Below are positions 18,505 to 27,800 of a stretch of DNA of 64,000 nt, in pieces. Positions within the stretch are counted from its first letter, which is position 1. Each line of letters starts with the position of its first letter. The stretch comes from an uncultured Gammaproteobacteria bacterium (lineage in GTDB: Bacteria > Pseudomonadota > Gammaproteobacteria > Chromatiales > Chromatiaceae): the NCBI GenBank assembly GCA_963790775.1, contig CAWBPR010000012.1, positions 2,763 to 66,762 of the forward strand, read 5' to 3'. The translations under genes and the position numbers were made by a program. Under the pieces are notes generated by a model. The model saw only the letters and a program-made list of their open reading frames with translations, searched no databases and was not told the origin of the DNA.

Positions 18505-20406
18505 GTGGTGGATTTAACGACTGCCGCAGACACTGTTCCGATGACGAAGACCATCCATGAGCATATTGTGGAGATCGTCAGCGACTCCGGTGAAGGTGCT
18601 CAGAAAGCGGGGCAGACCTTTGGTGCGGTATGCGCCAGAATGGGCAATGGCGTCTGGACCGTAGAGATCATCCCCGCGGAAATCCAGCCACCCGCCCGCT
18701 CTCCCGCAGGCGCCAGCGGTATCCGTATCCGTCTAGCCTCGCATAATGTCACCAACATGGGAGACGAGGCAGACATCGTGGTGGCCTTCAACGAACAGGT
18801 CCTTTACTCACGCATCGCCAACGGCGCCTACAGGAAAGGCACCCAGGTCCTGCTGGAAGATAAATGGCGCGATGATGCAGTCCCCGAGATCCGTGAGCAG
18901 TACCTCAAGGCAGTCACCGAATTCCGCAACAATGGACTGATCGTCCATGAGTTGCCCATTGAAAAGGCTTGCCTGGAGATCACGCCAAACCCACGCCGGG
19001 GCAAGAACATGTTCGTGCTGGGGATGTTGTGCCGCATCTATTCGCGGGATGTGGAGACGGCCAAGGGGGAAATCGCCACCACCTTCAGACGCAAGGGCGA
19101 CAAAGTCATCGGAATGAATCATCAGCTATTCGATGCAGGCTACCAGTTCGCCCGAGAGACCCTGGACCTGGATTACCAGATCCCGCCACAGCCTGCGCAG
19201 GAAAGGGAAGGCAAGCGCTTCATCGTGACTAACGGCAACACGGCGCTGGGCCTGGGGATTATGGCCTCAGGCATGGAACTGGTCGCCATGTACCCGATCA
19301 CCCCCGCCACATCGGCCTCTCACTACCTGGCCGACGTCTATCACGAGGTGGGTGGCTTCGTGCACCAGGCTGAGGACGAGATTGCCGCCGCCGGTTTTGC
19401 CATCGGAGCATCTTTCGCCGGCAAAACCGCCTGCACCATCACCTCGGGTCCCGGACTGGCGCTGAAGACCGAGATGCTGGCTCTGGCAGTGATGGCGGAA
19501 GTCCCCCTGGTGGTGTGTGTGGTGCAGCGGGGCGGGCCGTCCACCGGCCTGCCCACCAAGGTAGAGCAGGGAGATCTGCTGGCCTCACTCTTCGGTGAGC
19601 CGGGCGATGCCCCGAAAGTGGTGATTGCAGCGGCCACCATCGAGGAATGCCTGCATTTCGTGATCATGGCGCGGCGGCTCGCCGAGACCTTCCGCACGCC
19701 AGTGATACTGCTGACGGATGCCAATCTGGCCACCGGAGTGCAGCCCTACCCACGGCCGGAGCCAAGCCTGGACTGGCAGGCTCCACCCATCGACCAGTCG
19801 GTATGGGATGATTATATTCCGCCCTACAACTGGGACCCGGAGACCGGCCTGTCCCCACGCCCGATTCCCGGCATGCCCGGCGGACAGTACATCCTGACCG
19901 GCCTGGCCCATACCAACCAGAGCAAGGTAGCCTACGACTCTGACTCCAACCAGCACAGCGCCAACATGCGCAGCCGCAAGTTTGCCGCCCTGGGCAGCAC
20001 CCTGAAACCGCCTCCGCTGCATGGTGATGAAACCGGCGATCTGCTGGTTGTCGGCTGGGGTTCAACCCTGGGCGCCATCGAGGAAGCCGTGGATCGCGCC
20101 CGCGCCGGTGGTTACAAGGTCTCATCCCTGCACCTGCGTTTTCTCCTGCCCATGGAACCCGGCCTGAAAAAGATCTTTACGGGTTTTCGCAAAGTCATGA
20201 CGGTGGAGATCAATTACAGCGACGACCCGCACGCGCCCCTGATCACGCCAGAAAACCGCCGCTATTCCCAACTCGCCATGCTGCTCAGGGCACAGACGCT
20301 GATAGACATCGACTGCTGGTCCGTCGTCTACGGTCATCCCCTGCAACCAGGCATGATCCATGGCGTGCTTCTCAAACGGCTCGAAGCCATACAAGGAGAG
20401 GACTGA
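18505..20406 (+). CDS. korA: 2-oxoglutarate:ferredoxin oxidoreductase, alpha subunit (fused gamma+alpha type)
   Basis: 633 aa. The N-terminal gamma-like domain has IVSDSGEGAQKAG. The alpha domain has NGNTALGLG..MYPITPATS..EDEIAAAGFAIGASFAG..TSGPGLALK. The GTG at 18505 has GAGGG 8 nt upstream. An alternative ATG lies at 18541. Confidence 0.88.
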   Translation: MVDLTTAADTVPMTKTIHEHIVEIVSDSGEGAQKAGQTFGAVCARMGNGVWTVEIIPAEIQPPARSPAGASGIRIRLASHNVTNMGDEADIVVAFNEQVLYSRIANGAYRKGTQVLLEDKWRDDAVPEIREQYLKAVTEFRNNGLIVHELPIEKACLEITPNPRRGKNMFVLGMLCRIYSRDVETAKGEIATTFRRKGDKVIGMNHQLFDAGYQFARETLDLDYQIPPQPAQEREGKRFIVTNGNTALGLGIMASGMELVAMYPITPATSASHYLADVYHEVGGFVHQAEDEIAAAGFAIGASFAGKTACTITSGPGLALKTEMLALAVMAEVPLVVCVVQRGGPSTGLPTKVEQGDLLASLFGEPGDAPKVVIAAATIEECLHFVIMARRLAETFRTPVILLTDANLATGVQPYPRPEPSLDWQAPPIDQSVWDDYIPPYNWDPETGLSPRPIPGMPGGQYILTGLAHTNQSKVAYDSDSNQHSANMRSRKFAALGSTLKPPPLHGDETGDLLVVGWGSTLGAIEEAVDRARAGGYKVSSLHLRFLLPMEPGLKKIFTGFRKVMTVEINYSDDPHAPLITPENRRYSQLAMLLRAQTLIDIDCWSVVYGHPLQPGMIHGVLLKRLEAIQGED

Positions 20407-21359
20407 TGTTCGGATTAAAACCTGACTGGTCGCTGGAAGTCTTCGAGCGTTATTTCACCATGGGTGACTATGCGGGGGGCGAGGCCCGCTGGTGCCCCGG
20501 ATGCGGGGACCACGCGGTGCTGACTGCTGCGCAAAAGGTGTTGCGTGATGAACAGCAACGCCCGGAGATGTCCGTGTGCGTCTCCGGCATCGGTTGCTCC
20601 AGCCGCATGCCGCACTACATGGGCACGTTCGGCTTTCACGGCCTGCACGGGCGCGCCCTGCCCGTCGCCTGCGGCATCAAGTCCAGACGCCCGGAGTTGG
20701 ATGTGTGGGTAGCCAGCGGCGACGGCGACTGCTTCTCCATCGGCACCGCTCACTGGATTCACGCCCTGCGCTACAACATGGACATGACCCTGATGGTATT
20801 TGACAACTCGGTCTACGGATTGACCAAGGCCCAGACCTCCCCGACCAGCCCCCAGGGTTTCAAGACCAACACCCATCCATTTGGCGCCATTCTCGAGCCC
20901 CATAATCCGTTGACGGTGACTCTGGGAATCACCAACATCTCGTTCGTGGCCCAAGTGGTGGACTGGAACCCTCCGCTGCTCTACGAGACCCTCAAGGCCG
21001 CCTACCGACACAAGGGAACCGGGTTCGTGCGTATCATCCAGCGTTGCCCGGTTTATGCGGAACGGTTATCGAAGGAGTTGCAGGACAATCCGAGCCGCTT
21101 CGTGCTGCTGGAACATCCGCGGGGGATAGCGCTGGACAAGGGCGTGCGCCGCCAGTTTCCCAACCGGGTGGAGCACGATCCATCGGATCTCAACCGGGCC
21201 TTCCAACTCGCCGCCGATACAGCGTTGTTACCGGTGGGATTGCTCTATCACAACCCGCACGCTCCCTGCTACGAGGACCTGTCAAGCCAGGGTGTCGAGA
21301 TGACTCCTGAAGAGAGACTCGCCGGTTTTAATGCCGTGCTGGATCGCATCACTGTCTGA
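20406..21359 (+). CDS. korB: 2-oxoglutarate:ferredoxin oxidoreductase, beta (TPP-binding) subunit
   Basis: 317 aa with WCPGCGDH and an intact TPP motif (SGDGDCFSIG..VFDNSVYGLTKAQTSPT). The ATG shares 1 nt with the korA TGA. Confidence 0.9.
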   Translation: MFGLKPDWSLEVFERYFTMGDYAGGEARWCPGCGDHAVLTAAQKVLRDEQQRPEMSVCVSGIGCSSRMPHYMGTFGFHGLHGRALPVACGIKSRRPELDVWVASGDGDCFSIGTAHWIHALRYNMDMTLMVFDNSVYGLTKAQTSPTSPQGFKTNTHPFGAILEPHNPLTVTLGITNISFVAQVVDWNPPLLYETLKAAYRHKGTGFVRIIQRCPVYAERLSKELQDNPSRFVLLEHPRGIALDKGVRRQFPNRVEHDPSDLNRAFQLAADTALLPVGLLYHNPHAPCYEDLSSQGVEMTPEERLAGFNAVLDRITV

Positions 21360-21427
21360 TTCTGCGTGTTTGAGCATACGTCCCGAAACATTTAATGGAC
21401 TCCTAAAAAAACGAGAGTTTCACTGAA

Positions 21428-23944
21428 ATGACAACCACACACTCGGCCGGCAATGAACAGCAGACACAGTTGCCAGGCAGTGAACCCAAACAGCTGCCGT
21501 CCCTGCCGACAGCGGTGAAGGATGCCAGGGCTACCCGGGAACTGATGTTCGTGCTGCGTCATTTCCACCTCGGTGACCCCGCCGCCCGGGAGCAGCTGGA
21601 AGCGCTCGGCGATGACTATCTCCCGGCGCTGCTTGATCCATTCCGGGATAGTTCCAGGCTGCGTTACGACTACCCCCTGTTCCTTTTCCCCCCGCATACC
21701 GATGCCGGGTATCAGTCAGCCGATGAACTCGCCTGCCCCCTGGCGCAATGGTTCCAGCAGGCAGCGGCCAGCTTTACCCAGGGGGACGATAAGGCGCGCG
21801 TCCTCAAGGACCACTTCCCCTGGCTGGAACATCGTGTCCGCGAGTTGCTGCAGCAACGGGAAGGTCCGGTAGATGCCGGGGCGACCCTGGCGGAGTCCTG
21901 CCGCCTTTTACAGGCGCACCTGGCGCTGGCCGAACAGGATCGGAAGCGATTGAACAACGATATCGAGCAATTGCTGCAGGCTGTTCCGGAGGGGGCGCAG
22001 CTGCTGAGCTATGGCCGCTATCCCGCCCTGCACCTGCTGATCCATGCCGTCCGCAGTCAGATTTCACATCTCCAGACCCGCTTTCAGGAGCGGATCAATC
22101 AATCCATCCGCGGTCTCAAGGAACTGCTCGAAGTCGAGTGGTCGAAATCAGTCGAATCCATCGAGCCAAAACTGGCCCGAGATAGTATCGGTCTGGGTGG
22201 CGATCGCTTCGACCCCGCCATTCTGTCGGCGGTGATGGATCACTCCCGGGGCACCCAGAGAATGTCTCTGCAGCGGCGCGAGCGTATCGGACAAGCCCTG
22301 AAGATCATGGAGTCCTGGGCGCCGGATCCGGTGCTCGTCCATTTTCTGCACATGGGCACTCTGACCGATCCCTGGGTGCAAGATGTCGACTTCTGCCATG
22401 AGATAGCCGCTGGCGACCCCTGCGCCAAGGCGATGGAGGTTTTCGACCGCGAAGCGGAAAAGCTCACCGCAGTTTTCGGTGCGGTGCGCATCGCACAACT
22501 CGAGATCGAAGGTATTTACACGGCTGAGATCCACGATCCCTGGTTTGCGAATTTCACCTGGGAGGCCTTCTCTCAGGAAGAACTGAGACTGGTGCCATCG
22601 GTCATCGCATTGGGCTCGGCAGACCAGATGGCTGGAGAGGGCCTGCGTACTTTCTCCCGTCTGTTAAGCTCCGGGCGGCCGGTGCAGATCCTGATCCGGG
22701 TCCTGGCCCACGCCAACCCGGGCGCCGGACTCGACGAAGATGCGTTCCGGAATTTCCGCACCGAGCTGGGTTATCTGGGCATCAGCCATCGTCAGGCGGT
22801 TGTCGACCAATCGTCTGCCGCCCGCCATCAACATCTGTTGCAGTGCTATCTTTCGGCCCTGGATGCCACGCGCACCAGCCTGCATGTCATCAACACCGGT
22901 CTGCGTCCTCCCGGCAGGCTGCTCCCGCTCAATGCATGGCTGGTGGCCGGCGCCGCCATCGAAAGCCGCGCTCATCCGTTTTTCCGCATCAATCCGGAAG
23001 CGGGGGATTCCGCCGCCATGCGGATGGATTTCAGCGGCAACCCCCAGCAGGATAGAGACTGGCCCCTGCACCCGTTCCACTATCTGGACGACAACGGCAA
23101 CCCTGTCGACAGCGAACTGGCTTTCACCTTCGCCGACTATGCCCTGTTGATCGAACGACTGCGGGACCATTTCCGTCTGATTCCCGCGGGCTGCGACTCT
23201 GACGGACTAGTGTCGATACAGGATTATCTGGCGATGAACCCGGAGCAATCTTATCAGCGGGTGCCGTTCGTCTGGGCCATAGACGGCAATGCCATACTGC
23301 ACCGGCTGGTGATTTCCCGAGAACTCGCTCAGACCTGCCGTGACCGCCTCAATTACTGGCACACCCTGCAGGAAATGGCCGGCGTGCGAAACCGCTATGT
23401 CGAACTGGCGGTGGAAAAAACCCGGGCAGAGGAGCGCAAACTTGCCAGTGAGGAACGTGAGCGTCTGCGGGCGGAACATGCCGAGGCGCTGGAGCGCGTG
23501 CGGAACGAGGCTGCCGGTGAGGCCATGCAGCGCCTCACCGATGTCCTGTTGGGACTGGACTCCATAGGAATGCAGGGGGCGTACCTGCCGTCATCCGGTT
23601 CTTCCGCGGAACAGCCTGAAACCCCAGACGAGCAGGAGTCGGCACAACAGGCGATGCTTGGCACGCCGGACGAAGAGGATGAAGAACTGTCCTTTGACGA
23701 GCCCTGGATAGATACTCCGTTGTGCACCAGCTGTAATGACTGCCTGCCAATCAATCCACTGTTGTTCACCTATAACGAAGAAAAACAGGCGCTGCTCGGA
23801 GACCTGAGCAGCGCCACTTATGCCCAGCTGGTGCAGGCGGCCGAACTCTGTCCCGCCAGGTGCATCCATCCGGGCAAGCCACTTGATCCCGACGAGCCGG
23901 GCCTGGCCGAGTTGATCGATCGCGCCGCACCGTTCAACCAATGA
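21428..23944 (+). CDS. uncharacterised 838-aa protein: unknown N-domain + degenerate PFOR domain-VI-like core + coiled coil + C-terminal single-cluster ferredoxin domain
   Basis: The central region parallels the C-terminal third of the 1534-aa PFOR-like ORF and canonical PFOR: SVIALGSADQMAGEGLRTFSRLLSSGRPVQILI, ELGYLGISHRQAVV, SLHVINTG, RAHPFFRINPEAGD. The C-terminus has CTSCNDC..CPARC (CxxCxxC..CP). The stop overlaps the rnfB ATG (ATGA). Confidence 0.7.
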   Translation: MTTTHSAGNEQQTQLPGSEPKQLPSLPTAVKDARATRELMFVLRHFHLGDPAAREQLEALGDDYLPALLDPFRDSSRLRYDYPLFLFPPHTDAGYQSADELACPLAQWFQQAAASFTQGDDKARVLKDHFPWLEHRVRELLQQREGPVDAGATLAESCRLLQAHLALAEQDRKRLNNDIEQLLQAVPEGAQLLSYGRYPALHLLIHAVRSQISHLQTRFQERINQSIRGLKELLEVEWSKSVESIEPKLARDSIGLGGDRFDPAILSAVMDHSRGTQRMSLQRRERIGQALKIMESWAPDPVLVHFLHMGTLTDPWVQDVDFCHEIAAGDPCAKAMEVFDREAEKLTAVFGAVRIAQLEIEGIYTAEIHDPWFANFTWEAFSQEELRLVPSVIALGSADQMAGEGLRTFSRLLSSGRPVQILIRVLAHANPGAGLDEDAFRNFRTELGYLGISHRQAVVDQSSAARHQHLLQCYLSALDATRTSLHVINTGLRPPGRLLPLNAWLVAGAAIESRAHPFFRINPEAGDSAAMRMDFSGNPQQDRDWPLHPFHYLDDNGNPVDSELAFTFADYALLIERLRDHFRLIPAGCDSDGLVSIQDYLAMNPEQSYQRVPFVWAIDGNAILHRLVISRELAQTCRDRLNYWHTLQEMAGVRNRYVELAVEKTRAEERKLASEERERLRAEHAEALERVRNEAAGEAMQRLTDVLLGLDSIGMQGAYLPSSGSSAEQPETPDEQESAQQAMLGTPDEEDEELSFDEPWIDTPLCTSCNDCLPINPLLFTYNEEKQALLGDLSSATYAQLVQAAELCPARCIHPGKPLDPDEPGLAELIDRAAPFNQ

Positions 23945-24804
23945 GCAGCTATGTCATCGCACCAGCCATCATGACCGGGATCGGCCTGGTTTTTGCGGTT
24001 ATCCTGGCGGTGGCCTATCGGTTTCTGAAGGTGCAGGAAGATCCCCGGATCGAGGAAACCGAAGATCTGCTGCCAGGCTCCAATTGCGGCGCCTGCGGCC
24101 AACCCGGCTGTCACGCCTTCGCCGAACAGCTGGTGCAAGGGGCCGCTTCGCCCAGCAAGTGCACGGTCGCAAGCCAGGAAGTCATCGATTCGGTGGCGGA
24201 ACTGCTGGATGTCGATCCAGGTCAGCAGGAAAAACGCGTGGCCCGGCTGCATTGCGCCGGCGGCAAGGGCCAGGCTTACCAGATCGCCGAGTACCAGGGC
24301 TTCGACAGCTGTCTGGCTGCTGCCGTGGTATCCGGTGGCGGCAAGGGCTGCTCCTGGGGCTGCTTTGGTCTGGGCGACTGTCAGAAAGACTGCACTTTCC
24401 ACGCTATCACGATGAATTTCAATGGCCTGCCGGTGGTGGACGTGGACCGGTGCACCGCCTGCGGCGATTGCGTAGACACCTGCCCGAGGGACCTGTTCGA
24501 GCTGCTGCCCTTGAGTCAGCATTTATTCGTCCAGTGCAAGGCGCCGCTTGCCGGAGAGATGGCCGTCTCTCTCTGCATCACCGCATGCGATGCCTGTGAG
24601 CGCTGTGTGGCGGATGCGGCGCCGGGCCTTATCCGCATGCAGGACAATCTGCCGGTAGTGGATTATACAGGCGGTGGCCCGGCCCGGCCGGAGGCGACCT
24701 ATCGTTGCCCCACCGGCGCCATCCAGTGGCTGGAAGGCGCCCAGTTCGCAGACCAGCACACCACCAGAACCAAGAGTGAGACCCGCTATGCCCGGCTTCG
24801 CTAA
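23941..24804 (+). CDS. rnfB: Rnf complex subunit B (N-terminal TM anchor, CxxCGxxGC cluster domain, polyferredoxin)
   Basis: 287 aa. The TM helix is IAPAIMTGIGLVFAVILAVAY. Motifs present are NCGACGQPGC, CSWGCFGLGDCQKDC and CTACGDCVDTCP. Confidence 0.85.
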   Translation: MSSYVIAPAIMTGIGLVFAVILAVAYRFLKVQEDPRIEETEDLLPGSNCGACGQPGCHAFAEQLVQGAASPSKCTVASQEVIDSVAELLDVDPGQQEKRVARLHCAGGKGQAYQIAEYQGFDSCLAAAVVSGGGKGCSWGCFGLGDCQKDCTFHAITMNFNGLPVVDVDRCTACGDCVDTCPRDLFELLPLSQHLFVQCKAPLAGEMAVSLCITACDACERCVADAAPGLIRMQDNLPVVDYTGGGPARPEATYRCPTGAIQWLEGAQFADQHTTRTKSETRYARLR

Positions 24805-27800
24805 TACCGCCTTGCGGTTATTGAGACGCGTGCTCGGGACGACCTCCCGCACCACAGGTCCCTACGCCGGCAATCCGACCGTCCTCGACGGCAATACCGC
24901 GGTCGCAGTCACAGAAGCGGGGATCAGCGAAGCCGCGGGGTTGGGGGCCACCTTTCCTGCAGAGACCGCCGGACTGGCCTGGCGCAGCGAACAATGGCGC
25001 CACGGCAGCAACCTTGCGGGCAGCCCGCTCAGCACCCTGGCGGCGGAAGGACCCCGCGGCGCGCTGGCTGCCAGCATCGGCCTGGCGATGAGTGGCGTCA
25101 GGGCCACCAGCTTTCTGTCAGGCCCCGATCTGGTCCAGGCCATGGATCTATTGACACTCGCCGCCGGTCGCCGTCTGCCCCTGGTGATACACCTCAGCGA
25201 GCGCAGTCTTGCGGGCCATGCCCCTGCCCTGGGGAGCGGTCACCAGGCCCTGCACCTGAGCGCCGATGCAGGCTGTTTGCTGTTCACCGCAGCCAACGTG
25301 CAGGAGGCGGTGGATTTTTCCCTGATCGCCCGGCGCGTCGCAGAACAGGCCCTGATCCCAGCTCTGGTCGCCATGGATGCTGAGCAGACAGCCCTTGCCG
25401 TACAGGAGGTCCGGTTGCCCCCTGCAGAGCTGGTGGAAAGCTTCCTCGGGCGGCCCGGTGATCAGATACCGGCCCCGACGCCTGCGCAACAGTTGCTGTT
25501 GGGGGATGAGCGCAGGCGGACGCCCTGTTGGCACGACCCTGACCGCCCGGTGATGCTGAATGCTCTGCAAGCTCCGCAAGTTTGGGGGCTGGCCAGAGCT
25601 GCCGGGAAAGCCTGGTTCGACGACCATCTGGCGGCATGCCTCGAGGATGCCTTTGAACGTTTCGCCGCACAGACCGGGCGGCGGCATCGGCAGCTGTCAT
25701 CCTACCGCGTGGAAGATGCCAGACTGATCCTGGTGGCGCAGGGCGCGGCCGTCGAAACCCTGGAGGCGGTGGCAGATCATCTGCGCAGCAGGCACCGGCT
25801 GAAAACCGGCGTGCTGGGGGTCCGCTGTCTGCGTCCCTTTCCTGGAGCGGAGCTGGCGCGGCTCCTGGGCAAGCTGGGCAATGGCGCCAGAGTCTGCGTA
25901 CTGGAGCGCCTGGATACCCCCCTGGCCACGGATCCGCCCTTGTTGCGCGAGGTCCGCGCCACGCTTGACCACGCCTTGGAAAATGACCGCTTTGGGACGG
26001 ATACCCACCCTGACTATCCGGCGCTGAAAGAAAAACACCGGCCCAGGTTCCTGTCAGTCGTGTATGGCCTCGGTGGGTTTCCCCTGCGCGCTGCCGACCT
26101 GGCGGCCTTGTGCCGAAATCTGGCAACGATCCGCCGGCCCCAGGTCTATCTGGGGATTAATTTTTCACACACCTCCAGTGTCTATCCCAAACGACAGGTG
26201 TTGCTTGACCGCCTGCGCCGAAGCTATCCGGAGATCGTCGATCTGGGACTGACTGATGCCGCCGCTTCACCCGACCTGCGCCCGGCAGATGCCTTGACGC
26301 TGACCATACACCGGCTGTCCGGTGGCGCAGGCGAAGGGTTGTTGGCGGAAGCGGCAAGCTTCGCGCATCGGCTCCTGGGCGGCGGATTGCGCAGCAGACC
26401 GGCATTGTTCACCGAGCCTTGGGGCGGAGTCTGCCTTGACCGGCTTACCTTCGGCGCCGCAGACCTGCGGGACCCGGGAGACGAAACCCCCATCGATCTG
26501 GCGCTGATTACCACTGATTCCGACCTGCAGGAACTCTATCCTCAGCAGGGGCTCGATGCAGGATCCGCCCTGCTGGTGCAGAGCGCCCTTCCACATGAGG
26601 CGCTTTGGGCGCAACTGCCCGGCGCCGCTCGGGCTGTGCTGAAGGCGGCGGGCCGCCACCTGTACATCGTATCTCCCCTCGAAGGCCCCGCCTCCACCCG
26701 CAATGAATATCTGCTGGGCGCCTTGTTTGCGGTACTGCTGGACACCGGCCTGCTGAAGGTCACCCAGCGCCGCCTGCTCAGCGTCCGCGAGGAGATACTG
26801 CAGCAATCTGTAGTGGACGCCGGACAACAGCTGGCAGTTTTCGAAGCCGGCATGCAACAGGTCCAGCTGATCAACAGTGCACGTCTCCCCCTTGAGCCTG
26901 CGCAGGCGGCTATCGCTGCCGACGATGAGGCGCCTCCCCTGGTGCGCCGGCTGGGCAACATCGATAATGCCTACGACAGCCTCCCCCGCTTCTGGGACCA
27001 GGTCGGAGTGCTCTACAAACAAGGCAACACCAGTGAACTGGCGCCGGACCCCTATCTGGCGGTGGGGGCGGTGCCGCCCCTGTCGGCCAGTTTTCGCGAC
27101 CTAAGCCCGCTGCGGAGCGAGCTGCCCGTTTTTGAACCCGCGTTATGCACGGGGTGTGGCGCCTGCTGGAGCGCCTGCCCGGATTCGGCCATCCATACGC
27201 TGGCGATTTCACCTGCCCGTCTGATCGATGCGGGTATCCGCAGGACGGGTGCTGAGGCGCTGCGGCCGCTCGTCTCCAAGCTCGCGGCAGGCATCGCGGA
27301 GCAGTGCTCGCGCGAGGATTCCAGCGCTTCGACAGTGGCGCAGCTAGTGACTGGGGCCTACGACAGGCTGAAGGGGAAACTGCCCTTCCCGGAAGAACGC
27401 AAGGCAGCGATCAACGCAGGCCTGGATCAGTTGCTGACGGCATTCGGCTGTCTGCCCGTTGCAGTCACTGCCGCCCTGTTTTTCGAGTCCGAGAACCAGG
27501 CAAAGGGCAGCGGAGAGCTGCTGGCGCTGGCAGTGGACACAGGCGGTTGTAAGGGCTGCGGGATCTGCATCCAGGCCTGCGAGCCGGGGGCGCTGCAGCT
27601 TGCCCATCAAAGCGCTGATGTCCTGTCTCAGGCGCGGCGGATTCAGCAGGCCTGGCACGAGCTGCCCGACACTCAGCCGGCAACAATTCAACGCCTGGGA
27701 CAGCACCCCGGAGTCGGTGCAACGGCAGCGGCGCTGCTTGGACGCGGTGCGGGACTGGCCATCACCGGCGGCGACGGCGCGGAACCTGGATCCGGGGCCA

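Noticed and set aside
25284-27022. Long antisense or out-of-frame ORFs inside the large GC-rich genes. Examples are 25284-26126, 26267-27022, 4855-5871, 10099-11466, 29427-30209, 57522-58235, 19585-20125 and 30850-31446.
   Set aside because: They are shadow ORFs typical of high-GC coding DNA. They have Arg/Pro/Gly/Ala-rich low-complexity products and no recognisable motifs, and they are fully nested in genes with strong family signatures.
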